A stretch of DNA of 64,000 nt from an uncultured Verrucomicrobiae bacterium (GCA_963702845.1 OY969763.1:1120001-1184000); one strand, 5' to 3'; shown: positions 42,898 through 55,800, numbered from the stretch's first letter. Translations and numbers: made by a program. The notes: generated by a model not told the origin, from the letters alone.

Positions 42898-43813
42898 GCT
42901 ACAACATCCTTCGTGAAACACGCTGCGTCAAAACTCGAAACCTCTCTTGGAAGCCGTGAGGGCAATTTGAACCGTGCATACGGTTCGTTTATCGAAAGGA
43001 ATTCAGCTTCGCCTGCGTTGTTTGCACGCATATTGCCGACGATGTAACTAGCCAACGCCTCTGGCAAATACGCGTCAAAACTTTTTTGCACGTTATTTTT
43101 GCGGCGGAGTGCAACGGGATGCAGCCACTGGCGTCCCCGCAATTCTTCAAAGGGGCTTCGAAAAAATTCAGAAAAACATGTGCTAAAAATTCGCACGTGA
43201 ATGCGACCGTGAAAAACCTGTCAAACTTTTTTCAGACTGAAAAACTGCGCGTTGGTGCACGAAAACTGTACCGAGATGCACGTTGGTGCACGTCGTGGGG
43301 CTTCGCTGAAAAAAATCTTCAAAAAGGTGTGATAGAAATGTGCTCATGAACAAGAGCCCTCAGTTTCTCAATGGGCCGGCGAAGCCGGCGCGATTCTTGA
43401 CACCGCCGAAAATTTCTAAATTCTGCACCGAGTGCCGATCCCCGAATCTGGTGGGCTTCTCCGCCCCCCCAATCCCCTTGGCTTCGCCGTCCGCAAACTC
43501 TGTCAAAACTTTTTACAAACGAAAATGGCGCGTCCTTGCGCGTTGGTGCACATCGCCAAGAGAAGCGGGAAGCGCATTGCTGAAACCCCGTGCTACAACT
43601 TCATGTATGTTTATAATCCGAGTTACTGAATTCATTAGCAGCCCGATGTTCGTTTGGTTTCGCTTTGTTTCGCGTGGCTTCGCTAGACGCCTAGCGGCGA
43701 AACGCTCACCCTATTCACACATGACAGAGACATCGCCTTCGACCTTCAACTACCCGTCGTGCCGAAGTCAGACGCAGGCGGATTAACCCTCAACCATCAA
43801 CTAGTTTTAACCA

Positions 43814-44182
43814 ATGCATGCTACAGACACTAAATCCAAGTTTTTCGAACTTCGTGCCAAAGACTGGAGTCTCGCCCGGATTGCAAAACAACTTGATGTC
43901 AGCGTCCGCACGTTAGTCGATTGGAATCTCCAGAGTCGCGACGAGCTGCGAACGCTACGAGCCGTCGAGATCGAGGCGCTCCAGGAGAAACTCCTCGCCA
44001 CTCACGAACACCAGCTCACTACGCTCATTACCCAGCTCAATCGCCTCGACGAACGCATCGCGTTGCAAAAACTGAAATTTGTCGAAACGAAAGATCTCTA
44101 CCGGATTGCCGCATCCGTTCGCGCGCAGGTCCGCCAACTGATGATTCCCATTGAATCCTTCGACCCACCAAAGGAGAAATGA
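43814..44182 (+). CDS. Small helix-turn-helix protein
   Basis: FFELRAKDWSLARIAKQLDVSVRTLVDW followed by a coiled-coil-like tail. Confidence 0.75.
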   Translation: MHATDTKSKFFELRAKDWSLARIAKQLDVSVRTLVDWNLQSRDELRTLRAVEIEALQEKLLATHEHQLTTLITQLNRLDERIALQKLKFVETKDLYRIAASVRAQVRQLMIPIESFDPPKEK

Positions 44183-44184
44183 AA

Positions 44185-44747
44185 ATTGCACTATTTCTGC
44201 ATCGTTTTTGCATCATTTCCCAAATCGAGGCAGTTACAAAGTGCAGCGGCGGTCACGTTTGGTCACGTTCAGTCATCTTTGGTCACGTGCGCCTATTGGC
44301 TCGCGGCCTTCTTGTCGCGCCGGAGCGCCGCGCGAAGGCGGACGCGCCCGTCGCGCGAAATCCCTTACCGGTCAAATTCGATAAAGAAACGGTAAAGAAA
44401 AAGTAAAGTTTTGCCCCTAGTAAAATGAACACGGTTCAAACGAAAAAACGTACAGAAACTGTACAGAAAGGTTCAGTTTTCGGTCCACGCCTGAAAAACC
44501 GTGAAAAAGGTAACGGGAGGTAATCAGAAGTAATCGGAGGTAATCTCATTGTGCCGCAATCCGTGATCAATATGGAGTTGCACTATTCCTGCATCGTTTT
44601 GCCTCATCTACACTACACCTTCGCGTGCTTCGCCTCCTTGGCGCCCTTCGCGCGAAATGCTTTACCGGTCAAATTTCGGTAAAGAAACGGTAACTTTTTA
44701 GCCTGCTTATGAAAAAACTGAAAAAGGTAACGGGAAGTAATCGGAAG
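44185..44747. repeat. Degenerate duplicated non-coding module with 10-11-bp periodic motifs
   Basis: Three blocks repeat in the same order: TTGCACTATTyCTGCATCGTTTT, CGCGCGAAAT..TTACCGGTCAAATT..TAAAGAAACGGTAA and GAAAAAGGTAACGGGArGTAATCrGAAG. Confidence 0.8.
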
Positions 44748-45143
44748 GGCAGGTGATCGCTCCGCGAGAGCCGAAAAACAGCCGTGAATCCGCGGGTTGG
44801 TATCGCATCGCGATAGCAAGAGGTATCCTTTCGGGGAACTGCTCCGACATAAAAACCGAAAAGATCGTTGGAAGCAATCAGAGGTAACCAGAGGCGGCCC
44901 CGATACCGATCGCCATTAACCAACAGTCAAACAAGTGCCTGGAAGCAAGTTAAACGTGAGGACCTATGTAGTTTTATCTCATGGTTTTGCTGATGGTCTG
45001 AATACACTAAGGCTGCATAACCACAAGTCAGTATGCTCGCAAATTTGTCGGGTCATGTACGGTAAAAATGCTTGACGGAATACTGATAAATCTGGCCAAC
45101 TATCCGGAAATGTTTCGGTAACGCAGCGAAAACTAACCCAATT

Positions 45144-47267
45144 ATGACTAACCCAATGATCGCCGTCGGCTCTACGCGCTTATTTACTTCTACTCACCGT
45201 TTTTTGAGCCGGATCGGCTTGTTGACACGGCGAAACGTTCTTTTGCTCGGAATTTTGGCGGCAGGATTTGCTGCAGCATCCGCTTCGGCGCAAACGATTA
45301 TCCAGTATTACGCACTCTCCCCCGCCCATGGCTTTGCGGACGGTTCTATTGCTGATTCTGGCTTCGGCCTAACAGGCGCTCATTGCTCCGCTAGCGGTTG
45401 CGATGCGACGTTGAGCACCCGGTTTTCGACCCTCCTGAACGCGACTAACAAGTTCATTACTATCACCCCGACGCTTGTGGCGGGCACAACCAATACTATT
45501 GAACTCTGCGTCCCGACCAGCGCGGGCAATATCGCAACGAACCTCAACGTCGTTTGGAGTTTTATCAACGCGGACAACACCTCCGGCGGTACTCCAGTTT
45601 TCGATACCAACGCCTATTCGAGCCAGCATTACCTGAATGGGGTAACCAAAACGGACAATACCTGGTATATGGTCGGCACCTTCCGTGCCACCGCCGCTAA
45701 CGTGACGCTGAAAGCTACTTTTGACGACAAGAGCACCCCTACTAATAGCCTTGTTCGCTGGAATGTAGGCGCATACCGCATTACCCCAATCGGCGATTGC
45801 CGCGCAAAGGTGCCTCCATTGAGCAGCATCGATGGTCCGCTGATCGCTGGCCAGACCAACGTCGGCGTGCTGGGCGTCACCAATGGTGCGACTATTGTTT
45901 ACGTTTATGCCAATGGTATTCCGGTTGGTACCAACAGCAGTTTTAATCTCGGAACCAACTTGACCGGCAAAGTCACCGTAAAGACATCTGCCTTAAACAA
46001 AGGCGACGTCATTCAAGCGACCCAGGTCTACAATCCGGGTGCCGGTTGCAGTGCCGTTGAAGGAAATTTGACCAGTGGCGGACCGTTGGTTGGTGGCGGC
46101 GCGAACCCCACGATTCGCATGTGCTTTGAAATTGGAAAAAACACCGGCTTAACCGGCCCTGTCGGCGCGAACGCCGGCGGTGTAGGCTCGCCAGTGTATT
46201 GGATGGGCGCTTATACCCGTGCTCAGGCGACGACGGGTGCATCCTTTCTTGGTGGCGCGACACTTAGTCCGGGCGCGGGTTGGCAAACCGTGACGTTCGA
46301 TAACGGCAATGGCCCAACCTACGATTATAACGATAATACCGTTGGCCCGATCGCCGGATCGTTCGCAGTTTTGTCGGGCGTCGCATTTGCAATGGAAGAC
46401 GACACCGACTCAGGTCCATTCCAAATTTATATCGACAACATTCAGAACGGTTCAAATGTGCTCTTTAATGCTGAAACAAACACGACCGGCAGCACCCCGT
46501 TCTTTAATACCCCCACCGGCTCCGGAAGCTTTGGCGGATACAGCACAGCCGTGAACTTATTGCCCACTCCGAATCTTGCCGTGGTTGTTAATACGAACTC
46601 AGATACCGGAACCAAATCAGCTCTCATCAGCTTCCAGTTTGCTCATAATGTCCTGAATACAACCTGGGCGCATCTGAGCACGAAGACCTTCCCCGAAATC
46701 GATTTGAGCCAGCCTATCAGCATGCGCGTGCTCGTTTTGCCTGTCGGAACGGCCACGAATGCCTTGAACATTCTGTCGCCAACGAAATTGCCCAACGCGA
46801 CCACTCTCGTTGGCAGCTCGACCTCATTTACGATGGTGGGAGCTACGCTCGGTGGAACCGAATCAAGCTCCGTTACTTACCAATGGCAACTCGAGGGAGC
46901 TAACATGAGCGACACGACCACTCCTAACGGCACGGTAATTACCGGTTCGAGCACTTCGACGTTGCAATTGAATAACGCGACCACTGATGTTCAAGGCGCG
47001 ATTACCTGCGTCGTCACTACGACGGCAAGTGGCGCTACCAGCAGCATCTCCGGCAGCCTGGCGGTTGTTACAAGTGTGCCGCCTTCTGCGTTGGCCTATT
47101 CGTGGACATCACCGTCATCGCTATCATTGAGCTGGTCAGCCGGCGTGTTGCAATCCGCCGGCACACTCTTGAGCTCGGGCACGGTATGGACCGACGTTCC
47201 GTCGGCCGCGAGCCCGTATCCCGTCACACTCGGCACCCAGACATTCTACCGCCTGCGCGGACAATAA
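45144..47267 (+). CDS. Secreted Ser/Thr-rich protein with one Ig-like domain and C-terminal FYRL tail
   Basis: Signal peptide ending ASASA; VTYQWQ...TLQL...ITCVVT; ends WTDVPSAASPYPVTLGTQTFYRLRGQ. Confidence 0.85.
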   Translation: MTNPMIAVGSTRLFTSTHRFLSRIGLLTRRNVLLLGILAAGFAAASASAQTIIQYYALSPAHGFADGSIADSGFGLTGAHCSASGCDATLSTRFSTLLNATNKFITITPTLVAGTTNTIELCVPTSAGNIATNLNVVWSFINADNTSGGTPVFDTNAYSSQHYLNGVTKTDNTWYMVGTFRATAANVTLKATFDDKSTPTNSLVRWNVGAYRITPIGDCRAKVPPLSSIDGPLIAGQTNVGVLGVTNGATIVYVYANGIPVGTNSSFNLGTNLTGKVTVKTSALNKGDVIQATQVYNPGAGCSAVEGNLTSGGPLVGGGANPTIRMCFEIGKNTGLTGPVGANAGGVGSPVYWMGAYTRAQATTGASFLGGATLSPGAGWQTVTFDNGNGPTYDYNDNTVGPIAGSFAVLSGVAFAMEDDTDSGPFQIYIDNIQNGSNVLFNAETNTTGSTPFFNTPTGSGSFGGYSTAVNLLPTPNLAVVVNTNSDTGTKSALISFQFAHNVLNTTWAHLSTKTFPEIDLSQPISMRVLVLPVGTATNALNILSPTKLPNATTLVGSSTSFTMVGATLGGTESSSVTYQWQLEGANMSDTTTPNGTVITGSSTSTLQLNNATTDVQGAITCVVTTTASGATSSISGSLAVVTSVPPSALAYSWTSPSSLSLSWSAGVLQSAGTLLSSGTVWTDVPSAASPYPVTLGTQTFYRLRGQ

Positions 47268-47287
47268 GATTCTGAAAATAGCACAAG

Positions 47288-47316
47288 AAAGCCGGAACGA
47301 TTGTTCCGGCTTTTTT
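47288..47316 (+). terminator. Rho-independent terminator
   Basis: AAAGCCGGAAC-GATT-GTTCCGGCTTTTTT. Confidence 0.85.
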
Positions 47317-47392
47317 GTTGTGCCGATAAATGTCATGTATTCATCCCAAATGCATTGGCGAACGGGATGGCGATCGCTAATGTGACTTACCC

Positions 47393-49448
47393 GTGGACTT
47401 GTTGAACCCGCGCGTCAAACCCAATACCACTACGATCGTCGTGGCACTGATCTGCCTGACGTTGCTCGCGTACGTTCCGCTTTGGCGCTCTGGTTTCATC
47501 AATTACGATGATCCTGACTACGTGACCGAAAACGCGCACGTGACCGCCGGTTTGCATGCCGATTCTGTTCGATGGGCGTTCACAACCTTTCAAGCCGGTA
47601 ACTGGCATCCGCTGACATGGTTGTCGCACATGCTCGACTGCCAGGTGTGGGGGATGAATCCGCTTCCACATCATTTCACCAACCTCGCGTTGCATATTGC
47701 AAATACGTTGCTGCTTTTTGTGCTGATGCGGCGCATGACTGGCGCAAGGTGGACGAGCGGCCTCGTTGCAGCTGTATTCGCGATCCATCCAATGCATGTC
47801 GAATCGGTGGCGTGGATCGCGGAACGGAAGGACGTGCTGTGCGGTCTTTTTTGGATGCTGTCGATGTTGATCTACGTGCGTTACGCCGAAACGAACAACA
47901 CACCGGCGCAGCGCAAATTTTATGTTCTGACGCTTGGTTGTTTTGTGCTTGGACTTTTGTCGAAGCCGATGATCGTCACGTTGCCGTTTGTATTGTTGTT
48001 GATGGATTACTGGCCGTTGCGTCGGTTGAACCATCTCTCTTGGAGACGATGTGCTCTGGAAAAAGTTCCCTTTGTTGCATTGTCCGCAATCGTAAGCGTA
48101 ATCACCGTAATGGCTCAGAATAAGGCCGGCGCTGTCCGGGATTTTGGTGCTTTGCCGCTTGCCACGCGACTTGAAAATGCAGCCGTCGCAATTTTTCGCT
48201 ACATCTACAAACTTCTTTGGCCGGTCGATCTAGCGGTTCTTTATCCCTACGAAAAATGGCCGGCAACTACGATTTTCGCAGCGGTGATTGGTTTTCTTGC
48301 TGTTGTTTTGCTCACACTTGTTGTGCGCAAACGATATCCGTGGTTGGCCTTCGGCTGGTTCTGGTTTGTTGTGTCATTACTGCCGGTCGTCGGCATCGTT
48401 CAGGTCGGCGTGCAATCTATTGCCGACCGTTACACCTACATACCTTCTATCGGGCTGTTTATCGCCGCCTCAATGGCGAGTGCTGAACTTCTGAAAAGGT
48501 TTTCGTCGCTAAGGATTGTTGCCATAGCCGGGACCTGTCTTGCTTTGGCCGCTTGCGGATGGCTCACCTTCAGACAGGTTCAGTACCTGGCGCAATTCTG
48601 AGACCTTGCTCTCGCACACTCTTGCCATCACGAAAAACAATCTGGTCGTGCACAACAACCTTGGATTCTATTTACAGGAACAGGGTAGGTTGGACGAGGC
48701 GCTGGCGCATTTTCAGGTCGCAAAAAAAATCGATAACGAATGTCCTGAAACCCACAACAACCTCGCTTCCGTGTTCATTATTCAAGGCAAGCTGGAAGAA
48801 AGCATTCAGGAATCGTCTTATGCGCTGAAGTTGCGGCCAAAGTTTCCGGAGGCGCAGGTGAACCTGGGGCGCGCATTGTTCTTAAAAGGAGACTGGTCAA
48901 AATCTCTGGAGTTCCTTTCAGCGGCAATCGAGTTGCTGCCGCAAAATGCCACTGCTCACTTTGATCTGGCTGAGGCCTTGATCAAAGAGGGCGAACCTGA
49001 TCAGGCTCGAGTTCATTTCGTCCGCGCTTTGGAGTTGAATCCCACGATGAACGATGCTCGGCTAAAGCTTGCCGCCATTTATGTAGCAAAAGGCGACTTG
49101 GCTTCAGCGGCTGAACAGTACCCGCAGGGTCCTTGTGGAATACCCGAATTCCGTCGAATGTTTGAACAATCTTGCCTGGATCCTGCAACGGCTCGTCAGG
49201 ATAATCTCAGGAATGGCACCGAAGCGGTTAAACTCGTCGAGCGTGTTATGGCGATGGGAGGGACCAACTCTTTTGCCGCTCTCGATACTATGGCCGCTGC
49301 ATACGCCGAGGCTGCGCGGTTTTCGGATGCTGTTCGAGTTATTGACGCGGGCATCCCTCTTGCCGTAGCTGCAAAATCACCAGCGGCAGGACGAATGCGA
49401 ACGCGACGCGAACTTTACCGTAATCAACAACCATATCACGAGCCGTAG
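47393..49448 (+). CDS. TMTC-like membrane glycosyltransferase (GT-C) with C-terminal TPR; frameshifts near 48588 and 49120-49185
   Basis: FINYDDPDYV, NWHPLTW, FAIHPMHVESVAWIAERKD, LLSKP, ADRYTY, then TPR repeats (HNNLG, VNLG). Confidence 0.85.
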
Positions 49449-49805
49449 TCACTCACTCATCCGAAACGCCTTGCGCTGCTGATACAATTCCATCCACGCG
49501 ATCATCCTTTGTTGAGTCCTTGGCTAACTGTTGCTGAGTTATTAGTTACAACTGTTATCGAACGTTCGATTTTCAATAACAAGTTAGTAACTCCTTGTCC
49601 GTATTCAGCCCGACTCTTTTTCGGGTGTTTTACGTCTTTGTTATTGACACTTTTTGGTGTGAGTGCTGAAATACGCAATCATCATCGGCAATGGAACCCA
49701 ATTCCAGCCGCACTATTGACGTGATTGTTCGCATACGCAAAAGCAAAAATTCTGTCTATCTGCCGTCGTGCAGATGCTGATTTTATTAAGAACCCAAAAC
49801 CCTAT

Positions 49806-52800
49806 ATGAAAACCCTAAATCCTGCTGCACGAGTGCAATTCTGGCCTCGCTTTCTTGTAACCCTCCTCGGGTTGTTTGCTGTAATTTTCGCGATCCCTTC
49901 TGCTCGAGCGGAAATTATCATCATTGAACCGCGCGCCGGTGGTCAGAACAACGCTTTCGTTACTGAAGGCGTCGGCGGCTGGGGGACTTCGTCTGCCACA
50001 ACGCTGCCGACTGGCGGGACGACTTCCCCTTCCGGCACGGCGCCCGGTGCCACTGGCGGAACGATTGGTTCCACGTTCGCCACTGCTTCTGGTGCCACCT
50101 TCTCACTCATCCCGACAGGCTTGCTCGTTGGCGGTGTTTATCAGATCGACAATACCATTCCAAACACAGGAAGTTCAGCGTCGGTGGATACAACCCTTAC
50201 TATCAGCGGTACTGGTTTTACTGGTTTGGGGACTACATTACCAACCACCACCGGACTGTTTCGTAAGCCGGGTTCGACGGGCGGCCCCACTAAGTATAAC
50301 AACTGGGAAACAATTGGAACGTTCACAGCTACGGTCGCCAATCCTACGATCACTTTCACCCACACCGCCGGCACCGTGACCCGCACGTTCGTCGCCTCTA
50401 TGCGCCTCTTGCGCAATGACCCTCGTTCGAATGTGCCGCAATTGAATTCTGCACTAGCACCTATCTATGCCGGTCAGACCACCGTCACTGTGACTGGCGT
50501 TGACCCGACTGCAACCGCGGTGTTTGTCTATACGAACAATAACGGCCTTCATAGCACTTGTATCGGTACTAATAGCGCTCCCGCAGGAGCCTCGTCGGTT
50601 CCGGTCACCGTTTCCCCGCTTGTTAAAGGTCGACGTCTGCAGTTCAGCCAGGTTGTCGGAGGTAACGAAGGGTATCCTGATTCTGGCGGCAACGGTCCCT
50701 TGGTTGGCGGCGGCACTAACGGCTCAGTTCGGATCGTCTCGAACTCATTGGTCTGACCACTGGCGGCGCTGTTGCTACCGATTCAGTTTGGCTCGGTGCT
50801 TCTGGGCGCTCTGGCGGCTTCTTCTCACCCCCTACGGGCGTGTCCGCGGTTGCAACAGTCGGCGCTGGATGGCAAACCTTAACCTTCACTCCAGGCACCA
50901 GCCCTGCATATAACATGTCGCAGGCAACAACTCCAACCGTCGCGACCACCGGCACTTGCTCCTTGCAGGACATCTGGTTTTCTCCCGATGACAGTAACGA
51001 AAGCGGACCTTACACGGTTTATTTCGATAACATCGTCAATGGCAGTCCGCTTTACACTTGGGAAGGCGATATCACGGGCAACAGCGCCCTCATTAATCAA
51101 CCATCCTTCGCTGGAACTGGTAATACGACAATTTATACTTCGCCGGCGGAACTCAACCAATGCCTTTGCGTAAATAGCAATATGGACGTCGGCACCCGCT
51201 GCCAGCGCATGGATTGGCAGTGGCAACTTCCTGGACCTAATGCAATCCGTGGCGTATTGAAAAACAACCTGACCATTAGCCTTAACAAGCCGATAACGAT
51301 CCGCGTCCTCGTTGTACCGCAAACGTTGCCGAACAGCATCAGCTCTGCCGCTCTGTCCTTGAGCCAGCCCGCGAATACCAGCGTCGTCGCTGGCCATACG
51401 GCAACCTTCTCAGTTACTGCCACGACCAACGTCGGTGGCGGAACACTGAGCTACCAATGGAAAAAGAACGGCACCAACATTTCGAGCGCGACCGATTCCA
51501 GCTACAGCATTCCGGCTGTTGTTTCGGGTGACGCCGGTAGTTATACCTGCGCTGTCACCCTCGACACTCCGGCTGCCTCTTCGGTCACCATGCCTGCGAC
51601 CCTGACATTCTTGGATCCGGGTTTCACCACTCAGCCTGTTAATACAACAGTTCCTGCCAGCAGCAATGCCACCTACACTGTCGTCGCCGACGGCAGTGGC
51701 AGTTTGACCTATCAATGGAAAAAACAAGGTACAACCACCTTCACCAATCTGGTTGAAAGCGGTCATTATGTCGGAACGACCACCCCGTCTCTAACTATCG
51801 TGAATTGTCAGGCAGCAGATCGCACCAACTATCAATGCGTTGTCACTGGCTCGGCGGGTTCAGCGACTAGCTCCACTGTGGCGCTGGGAGTTTCTCCCAC
51901 AATTACCAGTCAGCCCGCAAGTGTTACAGCCGGTGCAGGAACAACCGTTCACTACGATGTTACTGCTAACGGCCAGATTACGCTCACATATCAATGGCAA
52001 AAAGGCGGCGTTAACTTGAGCAACGGCGGAAACGTCGCTGGTGCGACAAGTGCCCACCTGACTTTGTCCGGCGTACAGCTCACCGATGTTGGAAGCTATA
52101 CTTGCGGCGTTACAAACGGCGTCGGCGGCGTTCTCACTACTGCGGCCACGCTCACTGTTCTGGATCCTTCAATTAATACTCAACCGATCAGCCAAACCAT
52201 CACTTACGGTGGCTCCACTAACCTTTCGATCGTTGCTGGCGGCGGCACTGCTTTCACCTATCAATGGTACAAAGGTGTTACTCCGTTGAGTGATGGAGGT
52301 CATATTACCGGATCGACTGCTGCATCGCTTACGGTCAGCACCGCTGATTTCAGTGACGATGCGGATTATCATGCGACCGCGACCGATGGAAACGGCACTG
52401 CTACTAGTTCCAATGCTCACCTGACCGTCCGCGATCCTTACATTGCTACGCCCCCGTCCAATGTGCAGGTCGGCGAAGGTACTAATGCCGTGTTTACGGT
52501 TTCAGCTGGTGGCACCATTGTCAATTATCAATGGAAAAAGGGTGGTATTGGCCTTTCAAACGGTGCCCACATCAGCGGTGCCAACAGTGCGAGTCTCACG
52601 ATCATCAGCGCACTCGTGGGTGATAATGACACCTACAGCGTCGTAGCCAGTGGTGTCGGCCCTTCCGAAACAGCGAGCGCCACACTACAAGTATTCGTGA
52701 CGCCCACCATTGCTACCCAGCCGGCGAGTTCCACCGTGAACGCGGGAACGGTCGCATCCTTCTCCGTTGTCGCCAATGGCACTGCTCCATTGTCATATCA

Positions 52801-55800
52801 ATGGAAAAAGCTCGTCAACGGCACTCCTACCGATATCAACAACGGTGCAAACATTTCAGGAGCAACGTCCGCGACATTGTATTTAACTAACGTCGTTAAT
52901 GCTGACGCTACTAATTATCTGGTGGTTGTTACGAATGTGGCCGGCAGCGTCACGAGCGATGGCATTGCCAAACTCACCGTCATTGACCCTGCCGTTAACG
53001 GCCAGCCGGTCAGCCTGACCAGAAACTCTGGCACAACCGCTATCTTCACGGTTAATGTTGGCGGCACTCAGCCGATTACTTATTCCTGGAAGAAAAACGG
53101 CAGCCCACTGGCCGATGGTCCGACCGGCAGCGGAAGCACCGTCTCAGGCGCAAGCACCACCTCTTTGACTATCACGGGTCTTTCAGCCAGCGATGGTGGT
53201 AACTATGATGTCAGCGGCGGAAACAGCGTTGGCATTTACTCCAGCTCTGCCGCTACGTTGACCGTTAATGATCCGGCGATTAATAGCCAACCGATTGCCA
53301 GCCAAACGTTGAACGCAGGTCAGACTGCGACTATGACGGTCGGCGCTTTCGGTAGTGGAACCATTACTTACCAATGGAAGAAAAACGGTGTTAGTCTCGC
53401 AGACGGCCCTGCCGCCGGTGGAGGTGTTATCACCGGATCAACCGCCGCAACTCTCAGCATCTCAAACTTGCGGCTGGCTGATGCCAGTTCCTACACAGTT
53501 GTCGTGTCAGGTAGTGGCCCCTCCGTCACCAGTTCAAATTCAGTTCTCAACGTAATTGATCCTATTATCAGCAGCCAACCCAGCAGCACCTCCGTCGGCG
53601 CTGGCACAAATGCGATCTTCACTGTGGTCGCCATAGGCACGTCACCAACGTATCAATGGAAAAAAGGTGGTGTTGACCTGAGCAATGACAGTCATGTCGT
53701 CGGTGCAACCACCGCAAGCCTCACCTTGGTCAGTTCATCTCAAGCCGATGCAGCTAGCTACAGCGTTGTTGTCAGCGGCGTTGGTGCGCCGGTGACGAGT
53801 GCGAATGCAGTGCTCACCGTTGTCGATCCGCCCTCGATTACGACGCAGCCCCCGGCAGCGACCACCAGGACTGGAGCTGCCAACCACACTATTGCTGTCG
53901 TGGCCACTGGCACGGCGCCTTTGACGTATCACTGGCGCAAGAACGGTGTGAACCTCACCGATAGCGTCCATGCTGGAAGTGCAACCGTGACCAACACCGC
54001 CACAGCTACCCTCGGTTTGAATGGCGTGCAACTTTCCGATGCGGGCTCATATGATTGCGTCATTAGCAACCCGGCTGGAACGGTAACCAGCAGCGCCCAG
54101 GTGCTGAGCCTGCAGTTCACCGTTGCTGCCGTAGCGGCTGGTCTGCCTTCCGGTTCGGTCACGATTGTCCGCTCCCCAAGCGCAAGCACTGTAGCTGCCA
54201 ATACCAGCATCACGATCACGGCGACGTTGAACAAACCTAACTTCGCCTTCAACGGTTGGACCGGCACCGCTACCTCCGCCGGCACGATCGCGCAGATTGA
54301 TACCAATCTCACGTCCATCACATTCACACTCACCAACAATACGTCGTTGACCGCGAATTACCTCAGCACTGTCTCTGACCTGATCCTCGACAACGACGAT
54401 CCGACCAACCATGTCGGTAACAACATGGTTACCTTCCTGCCTTCAGGGTACTGACTGGAGCATTGGAACATCGTCGGTTGACAAGTTCGGTGCGGACTAT
54501 CGTTTTACCTCCACCGCCGCGAGCAATACACGCACTTCGACGTATGCACCCAACGTCCTCACTGCTGGTAACTACGATGTGTATGAATGGCACACGGCCG
54601 GCGGCAACCGTTCGACCGCGGCACCATGGACCATTTCAACGCCCAGTACCAATGTGACCGTCGCAGTCGACCAAAGTAGTTTAGGTGGTCAATGGATCAA
54701 GTTGGTAAGTGGCGCTTACTTCGCAGCCGGCAGCAGTGCAACTGTTTCTTTGCGCAACGGCACCGGCGAAAGCCTCCTCACCGTAATTGCTGACGGTATA
54801 CGCTTGGCTTATTCCACGAACCGTCAGGATTCGGCTCCTGCGATTACCGCTCAGCCGGTCAGCACGAACAAAAACTTCGGCGATAATGCCATCCTGAACG
54901 TTACAGCCACCGGCACCGCTCCATTGACCTACCAATGGCAAAAGAACGGCGCAGACCTCTCCAACACGGGTAACATCACCGGTGCAACCACCCCTCATTT
55001 GACGATCTCGGGGGTTACGGTTGCTGATGTCGCCAGCTACACGGTCGTGGTAAGCAACTGGGTAAGTACTTTAACCAGTTCGGCTGCAACGCTGACGGTA
55101 AATGATCCTGCGATTACATCGCAACCCACCGGCACTACCGTTGAGTGCGGTGCTAACGGCAATCTTACTGTCGCCGCAATCGGCACCGGTTTAACCTATC
55201 AATGGTATACACCAGACGCCAACGGGACTGCTGTCTCTGGTCAGACAACGGCAACACTGACTGCTGTGGCCCATGGCACGACAGCTTACGTCTGCGTTGT
55301 CTCCGCCTCCACCGGCGGCACGGCTACTAGCAGCAGCGCCACCGTTACTGCCCACGATACAATTGTTCCGTCCATCACGGTTAATAGCGGCCCGAGTACA
55401 GGTCTGTCTCGGCAGCTCGTATTCAGATCCGGGAGCAACAGCCAGTGACGTCTGCGATGGCTCTGTGATCGTTGGCACTACTGGCTCGGTCAATACGAGC
55501 ACGGTTGGAGGTTACGTACTAACCTACGGCGCGACCGACTTGAGCGGCAACCATTCATCTGCAACGCGATTCGTCAGCGTTGTTGCCTGTGCAGCGGTGA
55601 TTACAACCCAGCCACAATCGCAAACAGTCCCTGCCAGTGGCACACTCAACCTGAGCGTCGTCGCAACCGGTTCTGGTCTTGCTTACCAATGGAACTTTAA
55701 TGGCACCCCGATTCTGAATGCGACGAACTCGACATTCACCAAAACAAACATGACTCCATCCGACGCTGGTGATTACACAGTTGATGTGACGTTGAGTGTT

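Noticed and set aside
43086..43786. ORFs 43086-43349 and 43340-43786
   Set aside because: No recognisable motifs, and they lie over repeat-rich DNA that is probably non-coding.
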